Below, piece after piece: positions 34,946-47,886 of a DNA stretch of 64,000 bases. The DNA is taken from positions 56,854,001-56,918,000 of the forward strand of contig NC_043006.1 in NCBI RefSeq assembly GCF_006345805.1. Direction: 5' to 3'. Source of the DNA: Octopus sinensis (Eukaryota). How positions within the stretch are numbered: the stretch's first letter is position 1; every line of letters begins with the position of its first letter. Made by a program: the position numbers and the translations under genes. The notes below the pieces were generated by a model. The model searched no databases. It saw only the letters and a program-made list of their open reading frames with translations, and was not told where the DNA came from.

Positions 34946-35574
34946 CTTTTCCATGCCCTTGAACATCCCGTAAACTAAGTTAGCTTAAAATTAGTTACTT
35001 AGTTCCCTAGGTTGTTACTTTTCATCAAAAATCGCACCAAGTTGATTTCCTACATGTTTTATCGGATGAACTTATTATTGTCCCAGGTACGTTCTCATCA
35101 TGCTTTTCCATCTAGATTTACCTCCAGCTAACCCATTTGCATGCATCGTTTTTGTCCTGTTTTTCTTCCGTCAACCTGTACATAAATGCACGTTCCATTT
35201 TTTGTTGTGTTTGTACTGCTTAAAGGCACGTTTCTTTCCTGCCAAGCTTACTGTTTAAACCTTGTTTGTGTTCTCCTAGTCAACAGCCTTATCATTATTG
35301 GTACTTTAAACTCTTCGGTTGCATATTTGTGTGAATAAAATCGTTTTTCTTATGAATAGAAAAAAGTCTATCTTTATTTCTTCTTTTGTTGGTGTCTCAA
35401 ATTTAGGTTAAATCAGTGTTTCTCAAAGGGGAGGTCTATGGGACGATCGGACAAGTTGTTTTAAGAAAATTTGGTTTAAATGCTTGACAACTCAGCACCG
35501 TCCATTGGACGGGGGGGAGGGCTTTTGCACGTATGTACATATATATATGGGGGGGGGGTGTATGTATGTATATA

Positions 35575-35768
35575 TGTATATTTGTGAGTGTGTGTCTCTG
35601 TTTGTTCCCCACCATCATTTAGCGGTTCTGCATAAGAGACCGATAAAATAAGCACTTACCTTACAAAGAATAAGTCCTGGGATCGATTTGTTCGACTAAA
35701 GGCGGTGCTCCAGCATGGCTACAGTCAAATGACCAAAACAAGTAAAAGAATAAAAGAATAAAAGAATA
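35575..35768 (+). mobile_element. SINE family A, 3' half (with deletion)
   Basis: TTAGCGGTTC..AAGAGACCGATA..GACTAAAGGCGGTGCTCCAGCATGG..AAAAGAATAAAAGAAT. Confidence 0.8.
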
Positions 35769-36069
35769 CATGTCACGAGAGATTGAAAAATAAACTTTTA
35801 AACCTTTTTCACGCGTTATGCCCACGAAAGGAAAATGATCTGTATCCATTTCCTATTTTGTCTTCTCGTTAATAAAACGAAGAGTAAGGGACAAAAGTGT
35901 TCCTGATATTTTGATAGCAGTGAGGGCTAACATTTGTCAGTTTGAGAATCAAAGGGTTTGCTGACTGGTAAAATTTTCAGTGCTTTCCGCGCTATTTGTT
36001 CTGTATATATATTGATTGGTCCTTTAAATATGCAGCTGGTTCCCCAAAATAAATGAAAATATTCTTTTT

Positions 36070-36250
36070 ACTATAGACAAAAGGCCTGGAATTTTCGAAG
36101 ATGATCTAGTCGATTAAATCAACCGCAGTGTTCAACTGGAATGATGAAGGACAAAGCAGACCTCGGCGGGATTTGAACACCGAACGTAAAGCTGGCAAAA
36201 ATGTCGCTAAGCATTTTGTTTATGCTAACGATTCTGCCGGTTTGCTGCCT
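36070..36250 (-). mobile_element. SINE family B copy
   Basis: AAGGCCTGGAATTTT..GACCTCGGCGGGATTTGAAC..CGCTAAGCATTTTG..GCTAACGATTCTGCC. Confidence 0.7.
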
Positions 36251-36331
36251 AGAGGTTTTTATACCAAAAGTTGTTTCTTCCGTTTTCAAAGCAGTTTTGC
36301 TTTGCTTGCAATACACACACACACACACATT

Positions 36332-36390
<59 letters not shown>

Positions 36391-36403
36391 ACATTTGATA
36401 CAT

Positions 36404-36659
36404 ACAAAATTTAGAGGAATGACCACTAATATGTATTTCGTAAACGACACACTATGCTGACGAACTTATCCATATACGTAAATATTAACAAGTGAAACTA
36501 ATTAGTACATAGGTAACCGTTTTTTATTTCGTATATTTTCATTTGTTTTTTTGCTGAATTTTTTCTTGAGAACACATTCTTCGTGGTAAATGGTGAGTTT
36601 GACGTCTATTTCTAGCATACAGGCTGTCCACTATTAGTGGTCATTCCTCTAAATTTTGT
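36404..36659 (+). mobile_element. 256-bp element with 27-bp perfect terminal inverted repeats containing a hammerhead
   Basis: ACAAAATTTAGAGGAATGACCACTAAT (36404-30) / ATTAGTGGTCATTCCTCTAAATTTTGT (36633-59). Confidence 0.75.
36452..36512 (+). ncRNA. Type I hammerhead ribozyme motif
   Basis: CTATG-CTGACGA-ACTT..AAGT-GAAA-CTAATTAGT-A-CATAG: 5-bp stem I, palindromic stem III ACTAATTAGT, GUA site at 36507. Confidence 0.85.
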
Positions 36660-36687
36660 GTATATATATATATATTTATATATATAT

Positions 36688-38045
36688 TTCGTCCCCTTGT
36701 GTGGTTAATTTCCTGTATAGTATTCTTGTTATTTTCTCGTTTTGTAACTAATTGTACTTTTTGTACATGTATTTTTATTTTTGCAGTTTTATTGTTTGTC
36801 TATGCCAGAAAAAAGGCTTTTTCGTTCGTCCTCTTGTGTTTGTTTTTGTACATGTATTTTAATTTTGCAGTCTTATTGTTACGTCTTGTTGTGTTCGTAC
36901 TCATTGTGCCCCGCTGCTTGAAATTTTATTTTAATTCTCTCGCAGGAAGGCCTATTGGATTAGTGTTCTGTTATGCCTTCGAAACATGCCTGACTCCTCT
37001 AGCGACAGCTGATGACGGGGGTTTTGTCCTTGTGTAACCTGTCCTGTATTTGGTTTTCGTTTTCCGTTTTCTTGTTTTTTGTTTTTTTCTGTTTCTACGT
37101 CTTATTGTGATGTCCTGTACTTCCGTATAATTATTTATATATGCATGTATATATACATGTAGATGTAGGTACGTACATATATGTTTGTATGTATGCATAT
37201 ATTTTTATTTATCTCCTTATTGTCTGACAGCGCCCCGCATCAGGTTCGTTCCGATTCGTCGTTTCGATCCACTTCTTGGTCCCCTTTTTTTATATTAATA
37301 TTATTATATTGAAGATGCGGTACTCTCTCCCTTTGCTTTAACCTCTTCAATCTTTCTCCCTCCCCCTCCTCCTCTCTCTTCGCCGCGTGTCCCCCTCCTC
37401 CTTCCCTCTTCCTTGCCTATAAAACAAAATTCCTTTACACGTGATTACCACTATTGAAAAGACTGCCTCCACGCGCTGCTACTACACTTTCGTCCTTGCC
37501 AGCAAAAAGGCTTCTTCGTTCGTCCCCTTGTGTGGTTAATTTCCTGTATAGTATTCTTGTTATTTTCTCGTTTTGTAACTAATTGTACTTTTTGTACATG
37601 TATTTTTATTTTTGCAGTTTTATTGTTTGTCTATGCCAGAAAAAAGGCTTTTTCGTTCGTCTCTTGTGTTTGTTTTTGTACATGTATTTTAATTTTGCAG
37701 TCTTATTGTTACGTCTTGTTTGTGTTCGTACTCATTGTGCCCCGCTGCTTGAAATTTTATTTTAATTCTCTCGCAGGAAGGCCTATTGGATTAGTGTTCT
37801 GTTATGCCTTCGAAACATGCCTGACTCCTCTAGCGACAGCTGATGACGGGGGTTTTGTCCTTGTGTAACCTGTCCTGTATTTGGTTTTCGTTTTCCGTTT
37901 TCTTGTTTTTTGTTTTTTTCTGTTTCTACGTCTTATTGTGATGTCCTGTACTTCCGTATAATTATTTATATATGCATGTATATATACATGTAGATGTAGG
38001 TACGTACATATATGTTTGTATGTATGCATATATTTTTATTTATCT

Positions 38046-38048
<3 letters not shown>
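36688..38048 (+). mobile_element. Non-coding element with two 530-bp near-identical direct repeats (36688-37217, 37519-38048), period 831 bp, inserted in (TA)n
   Basis: The repeats differ by about two 1-nt indels. The spacer has a polypyrimidine tract and CCTATAAAAC. Confidence 0.85.
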
Positions 38049-38090
<42 letters not shown>

Positions 38091-38099
38091 ATGTATATA

Positions 38100-38616
38100 T
38101 CTATATATATAAAACTGTAGTTGTGTGAGTGTCTGTCTCCTACGATTTAGATTCCTAACTCCTCCCACATTTTGCGGTGCAGTTTAACCAAATTCGGGTA
38201 TCTTATAGTCGTGATTAATATCAAGCCCGTCTGGCTATTAGCGCGCGTCTACAATGAGTCTACGATTTAAAAAATAATTTAACATCATTTTTTATTCCAT
38301 TTTAATGCATAATTTTTCGTGTGTCGATGGCGGCGGAGTTGGCGTCCACGCTCAAACACCTGCACCTGTGTTTGCTTCTCCCCCTTCTTCCCTCCCTCGT
38401 GAAGCTGTGGGGAAGGGAGTTTAAGGAAATCAACGTCGTAATGCGTTGTCAAGGAGACCAGCGTTCTTTTAGAACAACGACTTCATGGCTTGAAGACACC
38501 AAAACAGAAATGGCTAAGAAAGCCCGAATTGGCATCTATAAAGGAAGTAACTCTCTAAAAATGCTTGTATAGTTATTTCCCTTACAAACCCGAGCAACGC
38601 CGGGCGATACTGCTAG
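38100..38616 (+). mobile_element. Complete non-autonomous Helitron (517 bp)
   Basis: A|TC...hairpin CCCGAGCAACGCCGGG...CTAG|T. Same family as 62459-62853 and 63902 onward. Confidence 0.9.
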
Positions 38617-38649
<33 letters not shown>

Positions 38650-38661
38650 GTATGTGTGTGT

Positions 38662-38955
38662 GAGGGCGCGTGGCATTCGACTCATGATCGAAAGGTCGTC
38701 AGTTCAATTCCCGGCGGCGCGTTGTGTCCTTGAGCAAGACACTTTATTTCACTCTGCTCCAGTCCACTCAGCTGGCAAAAATGAGTAGTACCTGTACCTC
38801 AAAGGGCCGGCCTTGTCACACACTGTATCACGCTGAATCTCCCCGAGAACTACGTTATGGATACACGTGTTTGTAGAATGCTCAGCCACTTACACGTTAA
38901 TTTCACAAGCAAGCTGTTCCGTTAACCCTAGTCGTCGCAACCGACGGAGTGCTCC
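38662..38955 (+). mobile_element. tRNA-derived SINE family C
   Basis: B box AGTTCAATTCCC, then GTGTCCTTGAGCAAGACACTTT (CORE-like); between microsatellites. Confidence 0.7.
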
Positions 38956-38967
38956 TATATATTTATA

Positions 38968-39031
<64 letters not shown>

Positions 39032-39034
<3 letters not shown>

Positions 39035-39412
39035 ATATATAAACGGCAGTTTGTCTGTGTGTGTTTCTGTGTGTCTGTTTGCTTGTACCCTCACTCTGAC
39101 CACGGCTTTCAACCGATTCTGATGAAACTTGACACACACATAGCCCAATGTCATAATTCAAAACTAACGCAGCGAAAATTTTGAAAAGTTCCCCCAGTTC
39201 TGAAAAAGATCGATAAATTCAACATGGGGTCGACAATCAGAAATACAAACCAGAGATGGTTATGGGGACGCAACTCGACCTTTTTAATTATCAAAAAAAA
39301 TTTACCATCTTTTTTTCCCCATTTTTTTGCTATTTTTGGGCTATAACTCTCTAAAAAATCCTTTATAGTTATTTCCCTTACAATCCCGAGCAACGCCGGG
39401 CGATACTGCTAG
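39032..39412 (+). mobile_element. Complete non-autonomous Helitron (381 bp), different body but the same 3' end
   Basis: A|TCTATATATAAACGGCAG...CCCGAGCAACGCCGGGCGATACTGCTAG|T. Confidence 0.9.
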
Positions 39413-39448
39413 TATATATATATATATATGTATATATATGTGTGTATA

Positions 39449-39522
<74 letters not shown>

Positions 39523-39526
<4 letters not shown>

Positions 39527-39825
39527 CGTGACCGACCAGACTATCAGATGTTGCTACATATCGCTGGTCACAATGCGCTTCGCATTGTTTTAGCCTTCAA
39601 ATGATGCCACCCCGCTAGCTAAGTGAGCAGGCCAACAGAAAAAAGTGTGAGAGGAAGCTGTGGCGAAAGTGTACAGCATGGATCGTCACCACCCCCTGCC
39701 GGGGCCTCGTGGAGCTTTAGGTGTTTTCGCTCAATAAACACTCACAACACCCGGTCTGGGAATCGAAACCGCGATCCTACGACTGCGAGTTCGCTCCTCT
39801 AACCACTGGACCATTGCATCTCCAC
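39523..39825 (-). mobile_element. tRNA-derived SINE family D
   Basis: Minus-strand head TGGTCCAGTGG (A box) and GGTTTCGATTCCC (B box). Confidence 0.8.
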
Positions 39826-39873
39826 ACACACACACACACACACACACAACACACACACATATATATATATATA

Positions 39874-39934
<61 letters not shown>

Positions 39935-39944
39935 CATACATATG

Positions 39945-39987
<43 letters not shown>

Positions 39988-39994
39988 GTATGTG

Positions 39995-40026
<32 letters not shown>

Positions 40027-40065
40027 ATACATACATATGTATATATATATATATATATTATATAT

Positions 40066-40130
<65 letters not shown>

Positions 40131-40134
<4 letters not shown>

Positions 40135-40302
40135 AGGTGCAATGGTCCAGTGGTTAGAGGAGCGGACTCGCGGTCGTAGGATCGCGGTTTCGATTCCCAG
40201 ACCGGGTGTTGTGAGTGCTTATTGAGCGAAAACACCTAAAGCTCCACGAGGCTCCGGCAGGGGGTGGTGACGATCCCTGCTGTACACTTTCGCCACAGCT
40301 TC
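40131..40302 (+). mobile_element. Inverted partial copy of the same family D SINE
   Basis: Reverse complement of 39654-39825 with about 6 mismatches. Confidence 0.85.
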
Positions 40303-41217
40303 ACTTAGCGAAGACTGAGACACCAACTTGCAACATCAGTAACAGCTCCGATCAGGCAGAAGTCTTCAGACGATGCAAGCTTATCGTTTGGTATGAATGC
40401 ACGATGGCCCACAGAGGTGCTCTTGAGGTACTAGATAGATCTCTCAGAGACATCAAACACTCTTCAGCTCCCATGGGAGGCATAACACTTCTTCTTTCAG
40501 GGGACTTCTGACAAACACTTCCCGTTATTCCCAAAGGGACTACAGCTGATGCAGTAAGTGCGTGTCTTAAGTCATCCACATTGTGGCCACTGGTGAAGAC
40601 TCTCAAACTTCACACCAATATGCGTGCTCATATGCGACGTAATATCACATCAGCAGCATTTTCTCACACCCTCCTTGCATTTGGCGAAGGCAAAATACCA
40701 AGGGATGAAAATGGTAATATTGCCATCGATTCCATTTGTACCATTGTTAAAACGCCTTCTGATCTCAGAGATGCAGTATTCCCAGATCTACAAGCTAATT
40801 ATCAGAATATGGGTTGGATTGGCCAAAGGGCTATTCTGGCCCCGAGGAATAAAACTGTTCACCATATTAATGATGAAATGCTAAAACTCATTCCTGGGGA
40901 TGTCTATGTATATAAGTCTATCGATACAACTCCTGACCCAGAGGACGTCATCAACTATCCAATAGAGGTACTTAATTCCTTTTAGCCCCCCGGACTACCA
41001 CCACACATTCTCAAACTTAAAGTTGATGCCCCTATAATGCTCATTAGAAATTTGGTTCCCCCAAAACAATGCAATGGCACACGTTTGATCGTTAAGTCCT
41101 TATCTCCCACCGTAAACTTATATCAATATTTGCCTGAATAATCATCATAATTCAGTGCAATCATTAACAGTACTTTCAAGCAATTCAGCCCCGAGCATCG
41201 CCGGGCAATTCTGCTAG
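40303..41217 (+). pseudogene. Helitron PIF1-helicase remnant with internal deletion and hairpin-CTAG 3' end
   Basis: LIVWYECTM (Walker B, D to Y), [62 protein letters not shown], then CTAG at 41214-17. Confidence 0.9.
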
Positions 41218-41221
41218 TATA

Positions 41222-41770
41222 TATATAATAACAAAATAATAAATAAAACATATGCATATATACATACATATATGTACGTACCTACATCTATAAGTATATA
41301 TACGTGCATGTATGGGTACAGGACACCAAAAAATTTCGAGCACAATGAGAAACGAAAACATAAAAACAAAACTAAGGAGACGGTCATTTTTTAAAACAAC
41401 GAAAACACAGAGTACAAGACATACAACACAAGGAAAATTCACCTTCTTCAGCCGCTTCTGCTTCGCCTACTCCGTGTTTCGAAGGTAAAGGCGAGACACG
41501 ACTTCATTTAAAACAGTCCTTCCTGCAAAGCAAATTAAATAAAATTTGAGATTTTTTGCGGAGGGGTAAAAATGGTAACAAAAACAGGACAGTAAAAACA
41601 ATACAAATAAAACAGTAAAAGACAGGACTAGGAGAATAACAGTAACACAAACATTAAGGGCTGTTAAGCCTGAACGAAAGAAAAATTATTTTGAACGCTT
41701 TGAGAACGGCTTGAGAGGGACAGAGAAGGCCGTCTACACTTGTTGTGCACGCGCGTGAGTCGTCTAAAAG
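41222..41770 (-). mobile_element. Single-unit relative of the 23.8 and 44.6 kb direct-repeat elements
   Basis: Shares ATATGTACGTACCTAC..GTACAGGACACCAAAA..CCTTCTTCAG..GTTTCGAAGG..GCGAGAC..GAGATTTTTTGCGGAGGGGTAAAA. Confidence 0.75.
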
Positions 41771-41851
41771 TCAATAAGTTAGGAAAAGATGCACTCCATA
41801 TCAATAGAGTGGGTATATCATCTGAAATGTACAGTGTTATATATCCATCAC

Positions 41852-41943
41852 GGCTGATCTTACCAATCGGTTTTGCGCAAGGAATACAACGGAGTGTTAG
41901 GAAACAATCTGACTATATAACCTTACGCTCGTCAGAGTTAGCC
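41852..41943 (-). ncRNA. Degenerate type I hammerhead (GAAA to AAAA)
   Basis: Minus strand GGCTAACT-CTGACGA-GCGTAAGG..CCTTGCGC-AAAA-CCGATTGGT-A-AGATCAGCC: 8-bp stem II and near-palindromic stem III. Confidence 0.65.
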
Positions 41944-42628
41944 AACATGGAAGAGCAGATGGTGACTGCTCTCTATTGTCGGAGGTGGATTAACACATCC
42001 GGTTTGCGGCTGCTGTGAAAAAGATGGTGAAACGAAAAGGGCCAGGAGATTAGGTTAGGAGTTATGCCCTTTGTTGGGTAAGCTGTAAGGCCGGTAAGAG
42101 TTACCTTGAAGTGTTTGTAGGTTAAGTGTGCGTTATTAAGTGTGGTGCTCCTGTGGGAATGGGGTGTGTGATATGTGTAGTGGTGTTATATGCATAATCT
42201 TTAAAATATTTGCTTATCTTTCAAATACATTGTATGAAGGAACGGTAGGAAAATAAAACTGAATTGCAAAATTATAATGGTTTGTTTCGGCTGACTTTTA
42301 AAACTAACGAGTGGGTTGGCTTCAGAATTCCCACATTGCTATTATTAGCCAAAGGAATCGTTTCATAACGGCAACATTCGTGAATCATGTTCCATTTAAA
42401 ATGTTCTTTGAAAAATTATTAAAACATTTATAACTATTCATTCATTTGGAGGTCAGTTGAAATGTGTAGGAAATAAAAAAGAGATAAAAAGAAATAATGC
42501 AGACCGACCTGCAAAAATTATTGACATGATTTTGTTTTAGAAAAATACTTCGTCAGTGGGAAAAACATAAAACTTTGTGGCGCGAGCGCGAGCGCGCACA
42601 CACACACACACACGCGCATATCTATACA

Positions 42629-42910
42629 TAGGCGCAGGTGAAGCTGTGTGGTAAGAAGCTCGCTTTCCAACCACATGATTCCGGGCTCAATCCCACTGCG
42701 CAGTACCTTGGTCATATGTCTTCTACTATAGTCTCAGGCAGACCAAAATCTTGTGAGGGGATTTGGTAAACGGAAACTGAAAGAAACCTGTCGTATATTT
42801 TTTATTTAAATATAAAGTATATATCTGTGTGTGTTTTTTTCTCATCACCGCTAGGCAACCAGTGTTGGTGTGTTTACGTCCCTGTAACTTAGCGATTCGG
42901 CAAAAGAATC
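42629..42910 (+). mobile_element. SINE family A, 3'-truncated
   Basis: Head and body as in the other copies. Confidence 0.85.
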
Positions 42911-43574
42911 TTCAGGCATCTCCTCCATAGGGTCCTATCAGAAGCAACTGTAATTTTTTTTCCTACTGGATTCCCTAACGTGACCAATTGAGACTGTGGA
43001 TATTATACAACCATCTCGTTCTTGCTCTACTATTAGGTCTCCTGTCAGTTAGCTCAGGTTGAAAAATCTGTCTTGGGATTCCCTCCTGAGACATTCTGAT
43101 TACACACACATACACATGTGTAGGTAGGTATGTATGTATGTATGTATGTAGGTACGTAGGTAGGTAGGTAAGTAAGTATTAAATAGGTAGAATTCATCAT
43201 ACTTGGTAGTCGAGTCTCTGCGAAAAAATTTTTAAAACAGGGCAAAATTACTTTCGGATCCCGAAATGATGGCAGATGAGGTCTCAAAGCACAAGGAATC
43301 AGTGAGTATTTCTTGGAGGAGACACCGTTATATTCTTGTCAACAGTTGGTTAAAAGGATATAATGTTGAACGGTACATTTTAAAATATTTCTTTTCAATT
43401 ATGCACAGAGCCAGCCCCACAATTGCTGACACACTGGGCAAGCTAAATTCCGGCACCATTACAGATTGTTTAAAAAAAATGTTCTCGTGTAGAAAATTTG
43501 CAAATATAGGAACATAATGTTTATTACAGCGAAATGTTTATTACATTAAATCAATTTAAATTGTTTTCCAGTTT

Positions 43575-43760
43575 GGGTACAAGACCAGCAATATCGGGGG
43601 CGGAGGATAAGTCGATTACATCGACCGCAGTACTAAATTGGTACTTTCTTTTATCGATTCCGAAAAGCAAAGTCGACCTCGGCGCATTTGAACGCAGAAT
43701 GTACAGACGAACAAAATGCCGCTAAGCATTTTTGCCTGGCGTGCTAGCAATTCTGACAAC
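43575..43760 (-). mobile_element. SINE family B copy
   Basis: GTCGATTACATCGACC..GGTACTT..AAAGTCGACCTCGGCG..CCGCTAAGCATTT. Confidence 0.7.
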
Positions 43761-44216
43761 TACTGCTGTAAAATTAACTTAAATTAATAACAAACTAGCA
43801 GAACCAGAGTAAATTCCACGGAATGGAAAAAATTAAGAGGACCTATTTAAGAAAGAAAGGAAGATTTGCATTTTTATAGCATTCATAGTTTAGCTTTCTT
43901 TAAATATTCTTGTCGTTCGTCTACATTCATTTCCTCAGGTCTCAGTCGGTGTTGTGTTTTTTCTCTTTTTATTATATCTTCTCGCTGTTCCTCTCTGTTC
44001 TGTGCTCCAAATCTGTGCATCCTTTCTCGGGTAGCTTGCAACCGTGTTTCTTGTGAATCCAGAGTTTAGGCTAAATTAATCCTTATAAACAAATATCAAT
44101 TTGTCAAACGAGCAGACGATAAATTGCACTTATGCGTATGCGATGGTCGCTATGAAAAGAAACTAGCTCAATGAAAAAATATTTTTCAATATCAATACAC
44201 ATATACCAAAACAATC

Positions 44217-44258
<42 letters not shown>

Positions 44259-44580
44259 ACACACACGCGCGCGCGCACACACACACAGTCACACACACAC
44301 ACACGCACACTATAACTGCCTCCCTTGTCCATCTCTATCTACCTTTCCCTTCAGCTAACTTTTTAACCACGTAATAAATATTCCTTCGCCATTCCTCTTT
44401 TTCTTTCGTTCTTCGCCTCTATCTTCAGTTGACCACATGACGCATTTAGCCTAAGTGTATTAATATTAATCATTTTTATCTACTTCTACTTCTCTTCTTT
44501 CTTCACTCCTCCCTCTCTCTCTTTCTCTCACTCCACCTCCATCTCTTTAACTAGCTAATGTATAATGGGCGAACGAACAA

Positions 44581-45899
44581 GTCCTTGCCTTCGGAATGCG
44601 GAGTAGATGAAACAGGGACAACTGAAGGGGAATATTTTTTATGTTGTATGTCTCGTTTCTCTGGTTTTTTCTTTGTTCGAGAAAAAGTTCGTTTCTATGT
44701 TTTTGTTTTTATGTTTTCGTTTCTTATTTGTTCAACGTTTTTTTTTTTATGTCCTGTGCCCATATATGCATGTGTATATACACATATATGTAGGTATGTA
44801 CATATATGTATGTATATATGCATATATTTATATATTATTTATATTATTATATGATCGAACGCATCCTTTTCCAAGTAAATTTTATCTTAATAATTACGAT
44901 GCGCACTCTTCTATTTTACTATCTCTCTCCCTCTCTTGTTCTTCATCCTTTCTGGTTTTCTCTCCTACCCTTCCCTATTCTTCTCCTCTCCCCTTCACCG
45001 TTCCCTCTCTGTCACTCCTCCTCCTCCTCCTCCTCGACTCTCTCGTCGCTGACACATGACGAAAGAGAATCTATCTTTCTGACGACTACCTTCGTAAAGA
45101 CAACAACGTGCTTATAGTGTCTCCTTCATAAGTTCGTCCTCCTAGCGTTCAGAATTTTTCTATCGTCTTGGTTTAGCAACCCTCAACGTTTGTTTTTACT
45201 GTTTTGTTATCACTGTCCTGCTCTTGTTATAACTTTCACCCTCCGCAAAAAATCTCAAATTTTATTTAATTTGCTTTGCGGGAGGGACTATTTCAACGAA
45301 GTCGCGTCTTGTCCTTACCTTCGGACCGCGGAGTAGATGAAACAGGGACAACTGAAGAAGGAGAATATTCTTTATGTTGTATGTCTCGTTGCTCTGTTTG
45401 TTTTTTTCTTTGTTCGAGAAAAAGTTCGTTTCTATGTTTTTGTTTTTATGTTGTCGTTTCTCATTGTGTTCAACGTTTTTTTGATGTCCTGTACCCATAT
45501 ATGCATGTATATATACATATATAAGTAGGTATGTACATATATATGTATATAAGCATATATTTATATATTATTTATATTATTATATGATCGAACACCACGC
45601 ATCCTTTTCCAAGTAAATTTTATCTTAATAATTACGATGCGCGCTCTTCTATCTTTACTATCTCTTCTCTGTCTATTTCTCTCCCTCTCTTGTTCTTCAT
45701 CCTTTCTGGTTTTCTCTCCTATCCTTCCCTATTCTTCTCCTCTCCTCTTCACCGTTCTCTCTCTCTCACTCCTCCTCCTCCTCGACTCTCTCGTCGCTGA
45801 CACATGACGAGAGAGAATCTATCTTTCTGACGACTACCTTCGTAAAGACAACAACGTGCTTATATTGTCTCCTTCATAAGCTCGTCCTCCTAGCGTTCA
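44581..45899 (+). mobile_element. Older direct-repeat element (44581-45151 and 45311-45899), period ~730 bp
   Basis: The two units align at roughly 90% by eye. Same family as 41222-41770, in the opposite orientation. Confidence 0.8.
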
Positions 45900-47056
45900 A
45901 TATTATTGTTGTAATATTATTATATAGGTAACGCATATCCAACTATTATACTCTGTATTCTCCATACGCAAACACTACTGAACATGATAAAGGGATAGGT
46001 TGGGAAAAAAAATTAATTGTAAAACCCTGATCTAAAACTTCATAATCTAATGTCTCTTCTGTATTTTTAAGATTGTGGGATGTAGTTTGATGTGGCTTAC
46101 ATTATGATTTCCAGTAAGTCATGTGACTGAGCAGATACTTTCTTTTTGACTCGAGTTGAAAAAGTGATTTCAGACAGAATTCGTTGCTATTTCTTCCAGG
46201 CATTGATTAAACTTTTATTTTAATTAATCCCCCTACCTCTCTGACTGTCTCAAAACGATGCAATTTGGTTCTCATGGTAATTAGATATATGTATGTGAAA
46301 ACGTTTCTCTGTTCAATATAGTCCTTATTTTCAAAATAGTCGTTTTCTTGTTCTCTTACATGAGCAGTCTTAATACTTAATGCATCTCTGCTAATTCTGT
46401 AACTGTAATCATTGCTGTGTTGTTAATTTGACGGAAGCCTCTATATAAGCACTTATCATCAAATCATATGAGCACGTTATTATACGTAATTAGCCTATTT
46501 TATAGTTTTCGCTTAACTTTCTTTTCGTCTTTGCGTTAAAAATCCCCATCAAAATATCATTAGAGATGATAGCTGTTGTTATTACTGCTACTGTTGCTGT
46601 TGTTGTCGTTGCTGTTGCTGCTGCTGCCGTTGTTGTTGTTGTTGTTACTTTAACAGTAGACTGACAGATTGGGTAGAGAACTGGAAAAACAGGCCAAGTG
46701 GAATTTATTTTCATCTCTTTATGTTTTGATGTTAGACCATTTGAGCTTACTTCTTTAGTTTTTGTTCCTACGGTAGAAATTATCACCATCTTGGTACCCC
46801 TACACAAGTGTGCCCCCCCCCCCCGGTGATTTTGTTTCCTCTTGACTTTTAGAAAAAGGGCTATTTCTAATGAAATTTTTTACAAATACCTTTCAGATTG
46901 CGTAGATTCCGATTATATTATATCAGAATCGGATGCGAAAATTTTTTTCCAAAAGTGAAGGAGGGAGAGTATTGGATAATTTACATGCCTCAACTTTGTT
47001 TCCTCATCATTTTTTTTAAATGGGTATTTTTTCACGAAGTTTTCTACAATTAGGAG

Positions 47057-47220
47057 AGGCGTTGGAGTGGCTGTGTGGTAAGTAGCTTGCTAACGAACAC
47101 ATGGTTCCGGGTTCAGTCCCACTGTGTGACATCTTGGGCAAGTGTCTTCTACAATAGCCTCTGGGCCGACCAAAGCCCAGTGAGTGGATTTGGTAGACGG
47201 AAACTGAAGCCCGTCGTATA
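47057..47220 (+). mobile_element. SINE family A, 5' half (partner at 49466-49680)
   Basis: A/B-box head ending CCCGTCGTATA. Confidence 0.88.
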
Positions 47221-47221
47221 C

Positions 47222-47263
<42 letters not shown>

Positions 47264-47301
47264 ATCTTAGAGCGAGTTATAAACAGTAGCTGCAACACAT
47301 C

Positions 47302-47498
47302 GTGACGTATATTTGCCATTTAAATATGGCTAACCCCTAAGGGTGGATGCTACTGTAGTTTGTAGCCCCCAGGAGGACATCTCCTCCAGCTGGCTATAGA
47401 CACACTTTCTGTGGCCTATCAGTATTTGCAAAGGGAAGCCATCCTTCCCGTCTTCAACTTATGATACACAAGTTATTTAAATGGCAGATATACGTCAC
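47302..47498. repeat. Small element with 25-bp inverted repeats, between microsatellites
   Basis: GTGACGTATATTTGCCATTTAAATA / TATTTAAATGGCAGATATACGTCAC (1 mismatch). Confidence 0.7.
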
Positions 47499-47511
47499 TA
47501 TATATATATAT

Positions 47512-47579
<68 letters not shown>

Positions 47580-47803
47580 TATATTATATATATATATAAT
47601 TGAGTAGTTGAATGAATTATCTTATTATGGATAATTCGGTTAACCGATACCTGGGTAGCAAATTCACGTCAGAAAAACACGGTTGAAGCTACATGCCTAG
47701 GGCAGAGATCACGTGCTATCGTGTGGAAATTTGTGTGTTTTTTAAATACAAATAAATGAAAGAATGGAGTTGAACGATGAATTAACAAAATTCCTTTATT
47801 TTA

Positions 47804-47886
47804 TTTTCGACATATGTTTCGAAGGCTGCATATTCCTAATTTCGAAGGAATAAGAGGTGCATTATGCCGCCTTCTCATCAGGAAAA
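47804..47886 (-). ncRNA. Canonical type I hammerhead ribozyme of the Penelope-like element
   Basis: TTTTC-CTGATGA-GAAGGC(GGCATA..TATGCA)GCCTTC-GAAA-CATATGT-C-GAAAA. GUC site at 47809, palindromic stem III ACATATGT. Confidence 0.9.
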
